The notes below the pieces were generated by a model, which saw only the letters and a program-made list of their open reading frames with translations, was not told where the DNA came from and ran no database searches. Both the position numbers and the translations under genes were made by a program. Below are positions 28,684 through 38,499 of a DNA stretch of 64,000 nucleotides, in pieces; the stretch's first letter is position 1; the number at the start of each line of letters is the position of its first letter. This DNA comes from Candidatus Thorarchaeota archaeon. GTDB taxonomy: Archaea > Asgardarchaeota > Thorarchaeia > Thorarchaeales > Thorarchaeaceae. The stretch covers positions 128,001-192,000 of the forward strand of contig JBHLRP010000001.1 of assembly GCA_048882485.1 (NCBI GenBank), in the 5' to 3' direction.

Positions 28684-29928
28684 TTGCTGACAGAACCCGC
28701 GCCTGAGGTAGAACCAGGAGGTCCTACACTAAAAGCAAGATATGTTTCCCTCGCTCTGTTTGCAGGCTGTTGCGTCTTCCCCATACTGCAAATAACGAGT
28801 CTTGTCATTCAAGGTATGCCGCTTTATACCACAATGACGTTTCTCTCCGCATTTCTCTATCTAGTCAGTAGAACTAGGCATTATGAAATCACAGCAAAGA
28901 TTGGGATCGTTCTTGTTTCTATATTGCCATTCATTGCATTGTTTTCCAATCCTATTTGGGACCAGCGGGGGCTTATGTTCCAAATTTTCACGTGGCCTAT
29001 TTTGGCTGTAGTTATTGGCAGTCAAATCCTAAGTCCGAGATCTGAAACGATACTGGGGCTCCTATTGAATGCAGCTCTTATTCTGACAGTCATTGTCCAT
29101 CCAGGGATTGCCATCGCAGTCGCAGCTGAAGTAATCGCGGCCGAAATTGCTCTTACTATCCTAATTTTGCTGGGAAACTGGACGCATATGTACTATGTAG
29201 AACAACTTGAGAAGCGAAATAGGGATTTGGATGAACGACAAAAAGAGCTGCAAATTTACACGTCAATACTAACTCATGACCTAGGCAACGATATGCAGGT
29301 AGTCATTGGAGGAATCGAGCTCTCATCTTTGATGCTCTCCCCTCAAGAAGGACGAATTTCTGACCAGCTGAAGATATCTCTGGCAGCTGGAGAGCGAATG
29401 GCGAGCTTGCTTAGACTGTTCTCATCTCCTGTTCCCGAGGAGTTCGAGAACGTGGTTTTGATGCTCGAGTATATTTCAGAGCTTGCTAGATTGATGGACA
29501 GGGATCTCACAATTGAAATCAGTGCGGACAGTGAAGCTCGACAAGTTCGCCCTCGAAGCAAACTCGTCAGTACAGTCTTTTCGAATATGATTCGAAACGT
29601 ATCTCAGCATGCTGGGAGCAGTCCTAAAGTTGAGATTATGGCTAAAATGCAGAGCGAGCTTTTAGAAGTCATATTCTGTGATGATGGTCCGGGAGTTCCA
29701 ATCCAATTTCGAAGCGTAATATTCGAAAAGGGATTTACAACAAAGGGAGGAGCTGGAATGGGACTCTATCTCACAAAATCAATTATGGAGCATTTGGGCG
29801 GAACAATTGAGCTTATAGATTTGGTTGATAGAGAGGGGTGTGCTTTCCGGCTGCTCATTCCAATCCAGCGGATTGACAAAGATGAGTTCGGATATAGCAG
29901 AGTCCTACGACAGGGGCCTAGGATCTAG
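28684..29928 (+). CDS. Membrane-bound sensor histidine kinase (HisKA + HATPase_c)
   Basis: About 6 TMs, H-box THDLGN, N-box NMIRN, G1 DDGPGVP, and FEKGFTTKGGAGMGLY. Confidence 0.9.
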   Translation: MLTEPAPEVEPGGPTLKARYVSLALFAGCCVFPILQITSLVIQGMPLYTTMTFLSAFLYLVSRTRHYEITAKIGIVLVSILPFIALFSNPIWDQRGLMFQIFTWPILAVVIGSQILSPRSETILGLLLNAALILTVIVHPGIAIAVAAEVIAAEIALTILILLGNWTHMYYVEQLEKRNRDLDERQKELQIYTSILTHDLGNDMQVVIGGIELSSLMLSPQEGRISDQLKISLAAGERMASLLRLFSSPVPEEFENVVLMLEYISELARLMDRDLTIEISADSEARQVRPRSKLVSTVFSNMIRNVSQHAGSSPKVEIMAKMQSELLEVIFCDDGPGVPIQFRSVIFEKGFTTKGGAGMGLYLTKSIMEHLGGTIELIDLVDREGCAFRLLIPIQRIDKDEFGYSRVLRQGPRI

Positions 29929-29996
29929 CGCCCAAGACTAGATGTCGACTCAAAGAATAAATGTGCAGCCGCTCACGACAAGCCGGGAGATAATTC

Positions 29997-31592
29997 TTGA
30001 CAGAGATTAAGACAAGGGTTCAACAAGTGACCGTCTTCAGAGATGGGGCTCGTGTATCCCGAAGTGGAACTGCAAAACTAGATGCAGGGTCTCAGAAGGT
30101 ATTGGTCAAAGGAATAACGTCCTACGCACAGGAAGACAGCTTCCGTGTGAAGGGAAGAGGCCCCGCAGCATTATCTACTGTTGATGTTAGAAGAACAGAG
30201 GTCGTGTTTGATCCAAAGCAAGATGTCAAGCCGCTCTATAAAGAACTGAAAAAGCTGGAGAAATCTCTCCAGAAGGCAAACGACGAGATCGAGACTCAGA
30301 ATCAGAGGCTCACCAATATACGGGGAATGGTTGGAGATTTCGCAGGGACTTTCGGCATGCTGTTTGCAGCCAGTGAGGCGAAGATTGACCAGCTAACTGA
30401 AATGGATTCAAAATCGGATAAGATGGTAGATGCCGTCAAGAAGAAGCTGAGAGATTTAACAGAGCAGCGCAAGGAGCTTCAGAATCAGATTAACATTTTG
30501 AGAAGCAACATTGGGCAAATTGAGTCAAAGAGAAGAACCGACTCGTTCTATGAAGTTGAAATCTCCTTGGAGATTAGGGATAAGGCGGAAGTGGAACTTG
30601 ATGTGACATATCAAGTGAGTGGGGCAAACTGGATTCCGTCCTATGATGTAGACCTGCTTCCTGGTTCGGCGAAGATTCGAAGGATGGCACTTGTTGCAAA
30701 TGCAACCCGCGAGGAATGGGAAAATGTCGGGCTCACTGTGTCAACCGCCACAGCAAGGCCGGTTGAGGCGGTTGAGGGTTCTCCTCTCATAATCACAGCA
30801 TATGACCCAGAGATGCTGCGTAGACGAAGAGATGAGAGAAGGAGAGTTTCGAGTTCTATTGCAATGAAGAAAGAAAAGGCAATGCCTAAGCCAATGGCAG
30901 CAGCACCCGGTGCCGCCCCTCCCCCAGCTCCACCCCCCGAGATTGAAGAGGAGTTTGCTGAAGCATCAGAGGCAGCATCTGGGATCTCAGTATATGATCT
31001 ACCAAAACCGGTATCGATTCCATCAGATAACGAACGTCATCCAGTGACTCTAATTGAGGAGGAGTTCGATTCAAGCACAATCCATTATTGGTACGCTGAT
31101 GGCATGGCAGAGGTCGTCGCCCAGGATGAGATCACAAATGGTGACACGGTGCTCCTACCTGGTGGTGCTAAGGTTTATGCAGAGGGCGACTATATCGGAG
31201 AGACCAGCATCAGTCTGATGAGTCCGCGCGAGAAGTTCAAGCTTGGTACAAGGACTGCATATGATGTCAAGGCAACAAAGAAGCTAATTGATCGTGAGGT
31301 CGAAAAGGCAGGCATCACCCGTGGAAAGCTTAGACGAGCATACAAGTATCGTCTAGAGATAGAGAGCTATTCGAAGCGTCCTTTGAAAATGGAAGTTTTC
31401 GACAGAATCCCCCATAGTCTGAATCCGTCTATTGAGGTCAAAGCAGACTGGAACAGGTTCAACATGAAGAAGCAAGAGCTTGGCGTCATTGAGTGGAACA
31501 TAGAGATCGAGCCCAAAGAGAAGAGGAATATAGATTATGACTATGAGGTAGAGTGGGAACGTAACGTTACGATACACCCGCCACTGCCCTAG
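29997..31592 (+). CDS. DUF4140/DUF4139 (MuiA-like) family protein
   Basis: VTVFRDGARVSR, a coiled coil, YQVSGANWIPSYD, EEWENVGLTVSTA and DRIPHS motifs. Confidence 0.85.
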   Translation: MTEIKTRVQQVTVFRDGARVSRSGTAKLDAGSQKVLVKGITSYAQEDSFRVKGRGPAALSTVDVRRTEVVFDPKQDVKPLYKELKKLEKSLQKANDEIETQNQRLTNIRGMVGDFAGTFGMLFAASEAKIDQLTEMDSKSDKMVDAVKKKLRDLTEQRKELQNQINILRSNIGQIESKRRTDSFYEVEISLEIRDKAEVELDVTYQVSGANWIPSYDVDLLPGSAKIRRMALVANATREEWENVGLTVSTATARPVEAVEGSPLIITAYDPEMLRRRRDERRRVSSSIAMKKEKAMPKPMAAAPGAAPPPAPPPEIEEEFAEASEAASGISVYDLPKPVSIPSDNERHPVTLIEEEFDSSTIHYWYADGMAEVVAQDEITNGDTVLLPGGAKVYAEGDYIGETSISLMSPREKFKLGTRTAYDVKATKKLIDREVEKAGITRGKLRRAYKYRLEIESYSKRPLKMEVFDRIPHSLNPSIEVKADWNRFNMKKQELGVIEWNIEIEPKEKRNIDYDYEVEWERNVTIHPPLP

Positions 31593-31601
31593 GGAGGTGT
31601 A

Positions 31602-33194
31602 ATGATGACAGTTGAGATGAAGACCAATATAACCAATGTGACGGTGTTCCGTGACGGTGCGAGAGTAACCCGGTCAGGCAAGAAACAACTCGTGCCAGGC
31701 GAACAAGAGTTCATCATTGCTGGCTTATCCTATCTCGCACAGGATGACAGTTTCCGAGTCAAGGGGCGAGGTGCAGCGATGCTAAAAGGAATCGATGTGA
31801 AACAGAAGACTCAGACATTTGAACCTGAAGGGGACCTGGCTGCCCTTCTCGAGGAATTTGAAACGCTGCAGAAAGAACGACAGATTATCACCGATAATAT
31901 AGAACAGCAGAACTCACGATTGGGGTTCCTTTCCTCCATATCTCAGCAGTTTTCCACTGAGTTTGGCAAATGGTATGCAGCTGGAGAATCGGGGATGGAG
32001 CAGCTGGACGCCATGGATAAGACAAGTCTGAAGCTTGTCAGCGATGCAAAGAAGAAGATACGGGAACTGCACGACGACCTCGAGGACATAGATGCGAAGA
32101 TACAGGTGGTTCAAGCAAACATACAACGGATGCGGGGTCATCGGCGCACGGAAACCACCAAAGAAGTAAAGGTGATGCTGGACGTCAAGGAGAACACGGA
32201 AATCGAGCTGGAGATGACGTACCAGCTAGGTGCCTCTGGTTGGACGCCTACATATGATGTTGACATAGGAGATGAAACTGCCAACGTGAAACGGATTGCT
32301 ATGGTGCATAACGGAACGTTGGAGGACTGGGTAGATGTAGAACTGGTCGTTTCAACTGCAAGTGCCAGACGTGTTGAAGCTGTGGAGGCTAAACCATTCT
32401 ATGTTGATGTGTATTCGCACTCAATTGGACGTGGCATGTCCGGAGTTGCCGCGAAGGGATATGCAGAAGGCGCCGCAGACATGGATGATGAATTGGAGCT
32501 CTATGCAGTGGAAGAAGCGCCAATGCCTGAGCCAGTCCCGGAAATCATTGAAACCTATGCAACCGCGAGTGAGACTCTTGGTGGGACAATCATATACGAT
32601 GTTCCTGGAAAGGTTACATTGCCTGCAGGTGAGGAACCGCAGCCAATAACACTGACTGAAGAGTCCTTTGAAGCGAAACGCCTGCACTACTGGAATGCGT
32701 ATGCGATGCCAGAGGTCGTGGCTCAGGACGAGATCACTAATGGTGACTCTGTAATGCTACCTGGCAATGTCAGAGTCTACGCAAAAGGAGATTTCCTTGG
32801 TGAAACTAACATTGGTCTTAAGGCACCTCGTGAAACCTTCAGGCTAGGGACTAGAACTGCGTATGATGTGAAAGCTGAGAAGAAACTCCTAGAGAAGGAT
32901 ACCGAGAAAGCAGGATTGACCAGAGGAAAACGCAGGCGAGGATACCAATATCAGCTTGAGGTCAAGAGCTTTTCAAAGGAGCCATTGGATATCCGCATCG
33001 TTGACCGTATTCCTCACAGCAATTCTGAGAAGATCCAAGTTGAGTTCAAGCCATTGGATTTGGCACCCAAGAAGAATGTTATGGGTGTGCTTGAGTGGGA
33101 AGTCGAAATCGAAGCCCAAAAGGAGCTAAGCATCAAATACGCATTCGAAGTAGAGTGGGAAAGAGATCTGACGATACGACCTCCATTGCCGTAG
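31602..33194 (+). CDS. DUF4140/DUF4139 (MuiA-like) family protein, tandem paralog
   Basis: Same motifs as the upstream gene (VTVFRDGARVTR, WTPTYD, EVVAQDEITNGD, DRIPHS, C-terminal PPLP); GGGAGGTG SD. Confidence 0.85.
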   Translation: MMTVEMKTNITNVTVFRDGARVTRSGKKQLVPGEQEFIIAGLSYLAQDDSFRVKGRGAAMLKGIDVKQKTQTFEPEGDLAALLEEFETLQKERQIITDNIEQQNSRLGFLSSISQQFSTEFGKWYAAGESGMEQLDAMDKTSLKLVSDAKKKIRELHDDLEDIDAKIQVVQANIQRMRGHRRTETTKEVKVMLDVKENTEIELEMTYQLGASGWTPTYDVDIGDETANVKRIAMVHNGTLEDWVDVELVVSTASARRVEAVEAKPFYVDVYSHSIGRGMSGVAAKGYAEGAADMDDELELYAVEEAPMPEPVPEIIETYATASETLGGTIIYDVPGKVTLPAGEEPQPITLTEESFEAKRLHYWNAYAMPEVVAQDEITNGDSVMLPGNVRVYAKGDFLGETNIGLKAPRETFRLGTRTAYDVKAEKKLLEKDTEKAGLTRGKRRRGYQYQLEVKSFSKEPLDIRIVDRIPHSNSEKIQVEFKPLDLAPKKNVMGVLEWEVEIEAQKELSIKYAFEVEWERDLTIRPPLP

Positions 33195-33315
33195 AAAGAT
33201 TCGGCATTCGCAGAAGTTCTTACGGAGTTGCGACACCTTAAATACGGACGGGGGCAGAATCTAATTCACAACTCGCGAAAGACTAGTTTCGCTTGTTGGT
33301 AAAGGAGGAAACCTC

Positions 33316-34980
33316 TTGTCAAGAAACCAACAAATTGCGATAGTAGTCATAATAGTGATTGCGGTTGGTGGAATTGCAGGCTATATGCTGTTCTTCCCAC
33401 CAGTTACAACGGAAGATGTCATTATCTTCGGAACGACTGATACCGTTGAGAAAAGCATAGATATGGCGCAATCGTATGACTTCTTCGGTTGGGAGATCAT
33501 CACGACTCTCAGCTCTGGTCTGGTAGAGATAATACCAGGTTCGGAGGGGACATCTGATGATATCCGTGGAGCCCTCGCCTCAAGTTGGACGAGGAGTACT
33601 GATGGAAAAACATGGGACTTTGTACTGCGAGAAGGTGTCACCTTCAGAGATGGTAAAGCATTCGACTCATCTGTCGTCAAGTACAGCTTCGATAGGAACT
33701 GCAACCTCACAGGTACCGGTCTGCAGGAGCCTGATGGTCCGACATTCAACATGGGTTATGCAGACATCATTCATGATGTTGAAGTAACGGGTGATTACAC
33801 TGTCAGATTCAATCTAAACATTGCATTCGCACCGTTCCTGCAACTCATGGCCTGTGCAGCATCTTACATGGTGCATCCAGACTATGCACCACTGAGTGAC
33901 GGCGATCCCGCCACTATCGATTACGTGGAGTACACTGCCGGTGATGTCAGAGCCAGCCATCCACTTGGACTTGGCCCCTACACCCTCACTGAGTGGTCAC
34001 GAGTAGGTGGTGAAGACGAGTCGATGCGTCTCGAGGCCAACCCTGCTTATTGGAATGCTGAAAACATTCCCAAGACAGATGTAATAATCATCCAGTTCTA
34101 TGAGGATGAGGCTGGCCTTGCGGCAGCCATGACTGCTGGCGACATTGATGTTGCATTCAGACATCTCACTCCAGCACAGGTGGACAGCTTCCGAAACAAT
34201 GTTGATTTCACTGTCTGGGAAGGCCCTGGTGCTTCAATTCAGTATCTGTTGTTCCAGCAGGACATCTATCCATATAATGAAACAATGATTCGACAGGGAA
34301 TTGCTGCTGCACTGAACAGGACCAACGTAGCGGAAACTGTATTCCTTGGAAACGTTGATCCGCTGTATAGTGTCATTCCTGCAGGAATGGCATTCCACAA
34401 GCCGACCTTCACGGTCTACGGTGAAGCAAACTACACCTTCACCGTTAGTGCATTGGCACCCTTTGGCTATAACAACGTAACCAAGCTTCATGTCAATCTA
34501 TACTACGAGTCTTCAGCGCACTATCCATCAAGCGCTCAACAGGCTGCTGTGTATAAGAGCGACTTGGAGGCTAGTGGAGTCATAGAAGTAGAGCTACGTA
34601 GCTATGACTGGCCAACATACAGGGAAGAGAGAAATGCCGGATCGATGGATGTGTTCATCTACGGATGGTATCCTGACTACATTGACCCAGACAACTATGG
34701 CTTCTTGCCATTCGCGTCCTGGCTCCATCTCGGATACAACGCATCATATCCAGCGGGAGGCATTGCTCAGAACGCCTTATGGCAGGCAGGCCGCAGCGCA
34801 GAAGATGATGCTGGCAGGCAAGCAGCCTACTATGATCTGCAGGACCTACAGGCACAGGAGTGCTCACTGGTTCCGCTCTGGCAGGGACAGCAAAATTGTG
34901 TCTCTAATAGCAATATCACTGGTATCATCCTTGACGTCACTTTGAACTGGCGTCATTGGCTGCTAGACTGGAAACCCTAG
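33316..34980 (+). CDS. dppA: Peptide/nickel ABC transporter substrate-binding protein (family 5)
   Basis: LASSW...WDFVLREGVTFRDG, GLGPYTL, IRQGIAAALNR and GWYPDYIDPDNY motifs; N-terminal anchor. Confidence 0.9.
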   Translation: MSRNQQIAIVVIIVIAVGGIAGYMLFFPPVTTEDVIIFGTTDTVEKSIDMAQSYDFFGWEIITTLSSGLVEIIPGSEGTSDDIRGALASSWTRSTDGKTWDFVLREGVTFRDGKAFDSSVVKYSFDRNCNLTGTGLQEPDGPTFNMGYADIIHDVEVTGDYTVRFNLNIAFAPFLQLMACAASYMVHPDYAPLSDGDPATIDYVEYTAGDVRASHPLGLGPYTLTEWSRVGGEDESMRLEANPAYWNAENIPKTDVIIIQFYEDEAGLAAAMTAGDIDVAFRHLTPAQVDSFRNNVDFTVWEGPGASIQYLLFQQDIYPYNETMIRQGIAAALNRTNVAETVFLGNVDPLYSVIPAGMAFHKPTFTVYGEANYTFTVSALAPFGYNNVTKLHVNLYYESSAHYPSSAQQAAVYKSDLEASGVIEVELRSYDWPTYREERNAGSMDVFIYGWYPDYIDPDNYGFLPFASWLHLGYNASYPAGGIAQNALWQAGRSAEDDAGRQAAYYDLQDLQAQECSLVPLWQGQQNCVSNSNITGIILDVTLNWRHWLLDWKP

Positions 34981-35018
34981 GCTGGAAACAGATGCTATCC
35001 ACGCTGAAATACTAAAGC

Positions 35019-35055
35019 GGTGCTACTGATTCAGTAGCACCATCCTATCTTTTTT
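35019..35055 (+). terminator. Intra-operon hairpin plus U-tract between the SBP and permease genes
   Basis: Perfect 10-bp stem GGTGCTACTG-ATT-CAGTAGCACC followed by ATCCTATCTTTTTT. Confidence 0.7.
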
Positions 35056-35174
35056 GATTCTTATTGCTAGCAGAAACATGAAGCTGCTTTTTGCCATTTA
35101 TGGCTCAGTCCGTATTCCTTAAAACGTCAATACTCCCGTTCCAGAGATAACCTCAGTGAATAGGAGTCGATAAG

Positions 35175-36194
35175 TTGTCATTAAGATCCTACATTGCCAG
35201 TCGAATTTTGCTCACTATTCCCATGATTATGCTGCTCTTGACGCTAGTATTTGTAATCCTCAGAATTGTACCAGGGGATCCAGCCCTGCTTCATTTTGAG
35301 AGGAACGTTGACCCTGAAGCGCTGGCTCTATTCAAGCACAGATTGGGACTTGACAAACCAATCCATGAACAGTATTTCGACTATCTTGCTGGCATCATCA
35401 GAGGCGACTTTGGACTCTCAATGCAGGACTTTGCACCTGTCAGTGATCATCTCATTGGCAGGTTCCCTGCTACCGTGGAGCTATCTATCTACTCCATGCT
35501 TATTGCTGTAGGTCTTGGAGTGTTCTTGGGAGTAAAGTCCTCAAAGAAATATGATACCAATACCGACCAGGGGATACGACTGTTCGGAATTGTCACCTAT
35601 GCAATTCCAGTGTTCTTCCTTGGAATGATTTTCCAATTCATTTTCGGAATCTGGCTGGATTGGCTTCCTACAGGGCAACGTTTTGACCCGCGCTTATTGT
35701 ATGACTATGAACCACAGACCATCACTGGACTTTACACCATCGATAGTCTTCTCACTGGCAATATTACAGGGTTCGTCACCTCTCTCAAATACCTCTTTCT
35801 ACCATCGCTCACTCTTGGCCTGATTCTATGTGGTGTCTTCATCCGACTTACTAGAACAAATATGCTTGAAACGCTTCGACAGGATTTTGTTGTAGCAGCT
35901 GAAGCCAGAGGTCTTTCAGACAACACAGTCACCTATGGCTACGCTCTGAAGAATGCATTCTTGCCCATTCTAACAATGATTGGGCTGCAATTCGCAATAC
36001 TTCTGGCTGGAGCCATTCTGACCGAGACCACATTCAACTGGCCCGGACTCGGAACATACTTGGTTGGGCGCATTGGCCACAGAGACTACACTGCAATTCA
36101 GGGTACTGTTGTCTTCTTTGGAATTCTCGTTAGCTTGGTGAGTCTCTTCGTTGACATATTATATGCGTATCTTGATCCTCGAATACGACTATGA
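35175..36194 (+). CDS. dppB: Peptide ABC transporter permease
   Basis: PGDPA, LGLDKP, GDFGLS, EAA loop DFVVAAEARGL, TETTFNWPGLG and YAYLDPRIR motifs. Confidence 0.93.
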   Translation: MSLRSYIASRILLTIPMIMLLLTLVFVILRIVPGDPALLHFERNVDPEALALFKHRLGLDKPIHEQYFDYLAGIIRGDFGLSMQDFAPVSDHLIGRFPATVELSIYSMLIAVGLGVFLGVKSSKKYDTNTDQGIRLFGIVTYAIPVFFLGMIFQFIFGIWLDWLPTGQRFDPRLLYDYEPQTITGLYTIDSLLTGNITGFVTSLKYLFLPSLTLGLILCGVFIRLTRTNMLETLRQDFVVAAEARGLSDNTVTYGYALKNAFLPILTMIGLQFAILLAGAILTETTFNWPGLGTYLVGRIGHRDYTAIQGTVVFFGILVSLVSLFVDILYAYLDPRIRL

Positions 36195-37480
36195 GGTGTA
36201 GAGTTATGGAAAATGTACAAGACAGAAGAATAGTCAGCGGAGTGCTCTATCAACTCAGTCCTAGGAGAGAGACCTTCGAAAAACGGTCGCGTACTTGGTG
36301 GCTCATCTTCATCATTGTTGTTGGAGGATCATTGGTCCTCCTTGCGGGATTATTCATACTCGCGGCTCAGTCAATAAGTCAAATTGGCATTCAGGTGGTG
36401 CTCATTACTTTCGGCGTCACGATTTGCATGATGATCTTCTTGGCCATCAAGGATCTGAAAATCGAAGACGGCACTCTCACAACTGCAAGGGGATATGCTC
36501 TTTTCATCGTCATGTGTGTGGTAGTTACCCTAATACTAATCCCTGTTAGTCTAGTCTACCATCCTTTGGATTCACTTACTTTCTGGATAGCGACGGTGGG
36601 TGGAGGACTGACCTTGTCCTTTACGGGACTGATGATACGTGACATCTACCCAGAACTAAGACAACGCGGGACTGCTGGCATCCTGACGATTTCTGGTCTT
36701 CTAATTGTATTTGCTATAATATACATGACCTTCATTGCGCCGTTCATCACTCCATATCTCCCCTTCTCAATCAATGTTGGCCCTATTCTTGCCCCTCCCT
36801 CATCAGGGTTCCCTCTCGGCACGACTGACCTCGGACAGGATTTGTTGAGTAGAGTGATTGCTGGAGGTGCTACCATGCTCCAAGTAGCTGGAATCTCAGT
36901 GGCAGTCTGTTTCACAATCGGAGTGCCTGTGGGTCTTTTGGCGTCATTTAGGGGAGGACTTACAGATCGCATTATTTCATTGGTTATGGATAGCATCTTT
37001 GCATTCCCAGGACTTGTCCTTGCAATCGCTATTGCTGCCATGCTGGGCCCTGGTGCATTTAACATGGCAATCTCTATTTCCGTCGTATATGTTCCATCCT
37101 ATTTTAGAGTGGTCCGAAGTCAGGTGTTGACAGTTAGAGAGCTGCCTTATGTTGAGGCTGCAGTTGTAATGGGAGCTAAAGAACGAGACATCATGTTCCG
37201 GTACATCCTCCCGAATGTCCTCCCTTCAGCTGTGGTCGTGATGTCTATCAATTTTGCAGATGCTGTCCTGACAGCAGCGGGATTGACTTTCGTAGGCCTA
37301 GGACTCCCTGTCGACATTGCAGATTGGGGGTGGGACTTAACAAATGGCCGCAATCAGATGATTGTAGGTGCCTGGTGGGTTAGCAGCTTCCCTGGACTAA
37401 TGGTTGTTATTCTTGCTCTAGGCTTTACACTCGCCGGAGATGGCTTGAATGAGATACTAACGCCTAAGCTTCAGGAGTGA
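36191..37480 (+). CDS. dppC: Peptide ABC transporter permease with an N-terminal 4-TM extension
   Basis: LGTTDLGQDLLSRV, YVEAAVVMGA, ILPN and GDGLNEILTPK motifs. Confidence 0.9.
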   Translation: MRCRVMENVQDRRIVSGVLYQLSPRRETFEKRSRTWWLIFIIVVGGSLVLLAGLFILAAQSISQIGIQVVLITFGVTICMMIFLAIKDLKIEDGTLTTARGYALFIVMCVVVTLILIPVSLVYHPLDSLTFWIATVGGGLTLSFTGLMIRDIYPELRQRGTAGILTISGLLIVFAIIYMTFIAPFITPYLPFSINVGPILAPPSSGFPLGTTDLGQDLLSRVIAGGATMLQVAGISVAVCFTIGVPVGLLASFRGGLTDRIISLVMDSIFAFPGLVLAIAIAAMLGPGAFNMAISISVVYVPSYFRVVRSQVLTVRELPYVEAAVVMGAKERDIMFRYILPNVLPSAVVVMSINFADAVLTAAGLTFVGLGLPVDIADWGWDLTNGRNQMIVGAWWVSSFPGLMVVILALGFTLAGDGLNEILTPKLQE

Positions 37481-38496
37481 TGTATTTGACTGACGTTCTC
37501 AGAATTGAAAATCTGGTTGTGGAGTATACCACAAGGCGAGGAACAGCACGTGCATTGGACAAGGCGTTCATCACACTGGAAGAGAACAAGACACTTGGGC
37601 TAGCGGGCGAGAGTGGATGCGGGAAGAGCACGCTCGGACGTGCAATCATGAGGTTAGTACCGTATCCAGGAAAAATCATCGAAGGTAAAATTCACCTGAA
37701 TCTTGATGAAACAGTTCCTGCAAAGACCTCGGATATTCCCAAGGGTGAAGTCAATCTAATGGATCTAGACGAAGATCAAATGCGTGCTCTTCGAGGGCGC
37801 ATGATTGCTTATATTTTCCAAGATCCGATGACATCACTCAATCCGATGCTCAATATTGGTGACCACTTCATCCAGATTATGAAGGCCCATGACGATGAAA
37901 TTGAGGATGAAGCCGCACTCGACAGAGCGAAGGAGATTCTTGACAGCTTGGGCATTTTGGCTGAACGAGTGACTGACTATCCACATCAGTTTAGCGGCGG
38001 GATGCGCCAGAGGGTAATGATAGGATTGGGATTGGCCCTACGTCCTAGACTACTAATATCTGATGAGCCAACAACATCTCTTGATGTCATTGTTGAGGCG
38101 CAAATCCTGGAGCAAATGGCTGAGCTCAAGGAAAAGTTCAATCTAACAATGATCTTGATCACACACAATCTAGGCGTGTTGGCACAGACTGCAGATGATA
38201 TTGCTATCATCTATGCTGGCCGGATTATGGAGCATGCAACAACTGAGGCGCTATTTGGAAACCCGCAACACCCCTACACTAAAGCTCTGCTTGCGGCTGT
38301 TCCTGATGTATCAAAGCCAGAGAAGAAGATCACCTGGATTCCTGGTGCTCCACCAGATCTTATGGACTTCATTCCCGGTTGCATGTATAATCCAAGGTGT
38401 TCTCATGCAATGGACATTTGCAGAACTACGCAACCAACTCTGATGGATAGTAAGAGTGGGGGAAAAGTAGCATGTTGGCTATATGAGGAGGAATAA
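37477..38496 (+). CDS. dppD: Peptide ABC transporter ATP-binding protein
   Basis: GESGCGKST, FQDPMTSLNP, YPHQFSGGMRQR, DEPTT, HPYT and the C-terminal Cys motif. Confidence 0.93.
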   Translation: MMYLTDVLRIENLVVEYTTRRGTARALDKAFITLEENKTLGLAGESGCGKSTLGRAIMRLVPYPGKIIEGKIHLNLDETVPAKTSDIPKGEVNLMDLDEDQMRALRGRMIAYIFQDPMTSLNPMLNIGDHFIQIMKAHDDEIEDEAALDRAKEILDSLGILAERVTDYPHQFSGGMRQRVMIGLGLALRPRLLISDEPTTSLDVIVEAQILEQMAELKEKFNLTMILITHNLGVLAQTADDIAIIYAGRIMEHATTEALFGNPQHPYTKALLAAVPDVSKPEKKITWIPGAPPDLMDFIPGCMYNPRCSHAMDICRTTQPTLMDSKSGGKVACWLYEEE

Positions 38497-38499
38497 ATC

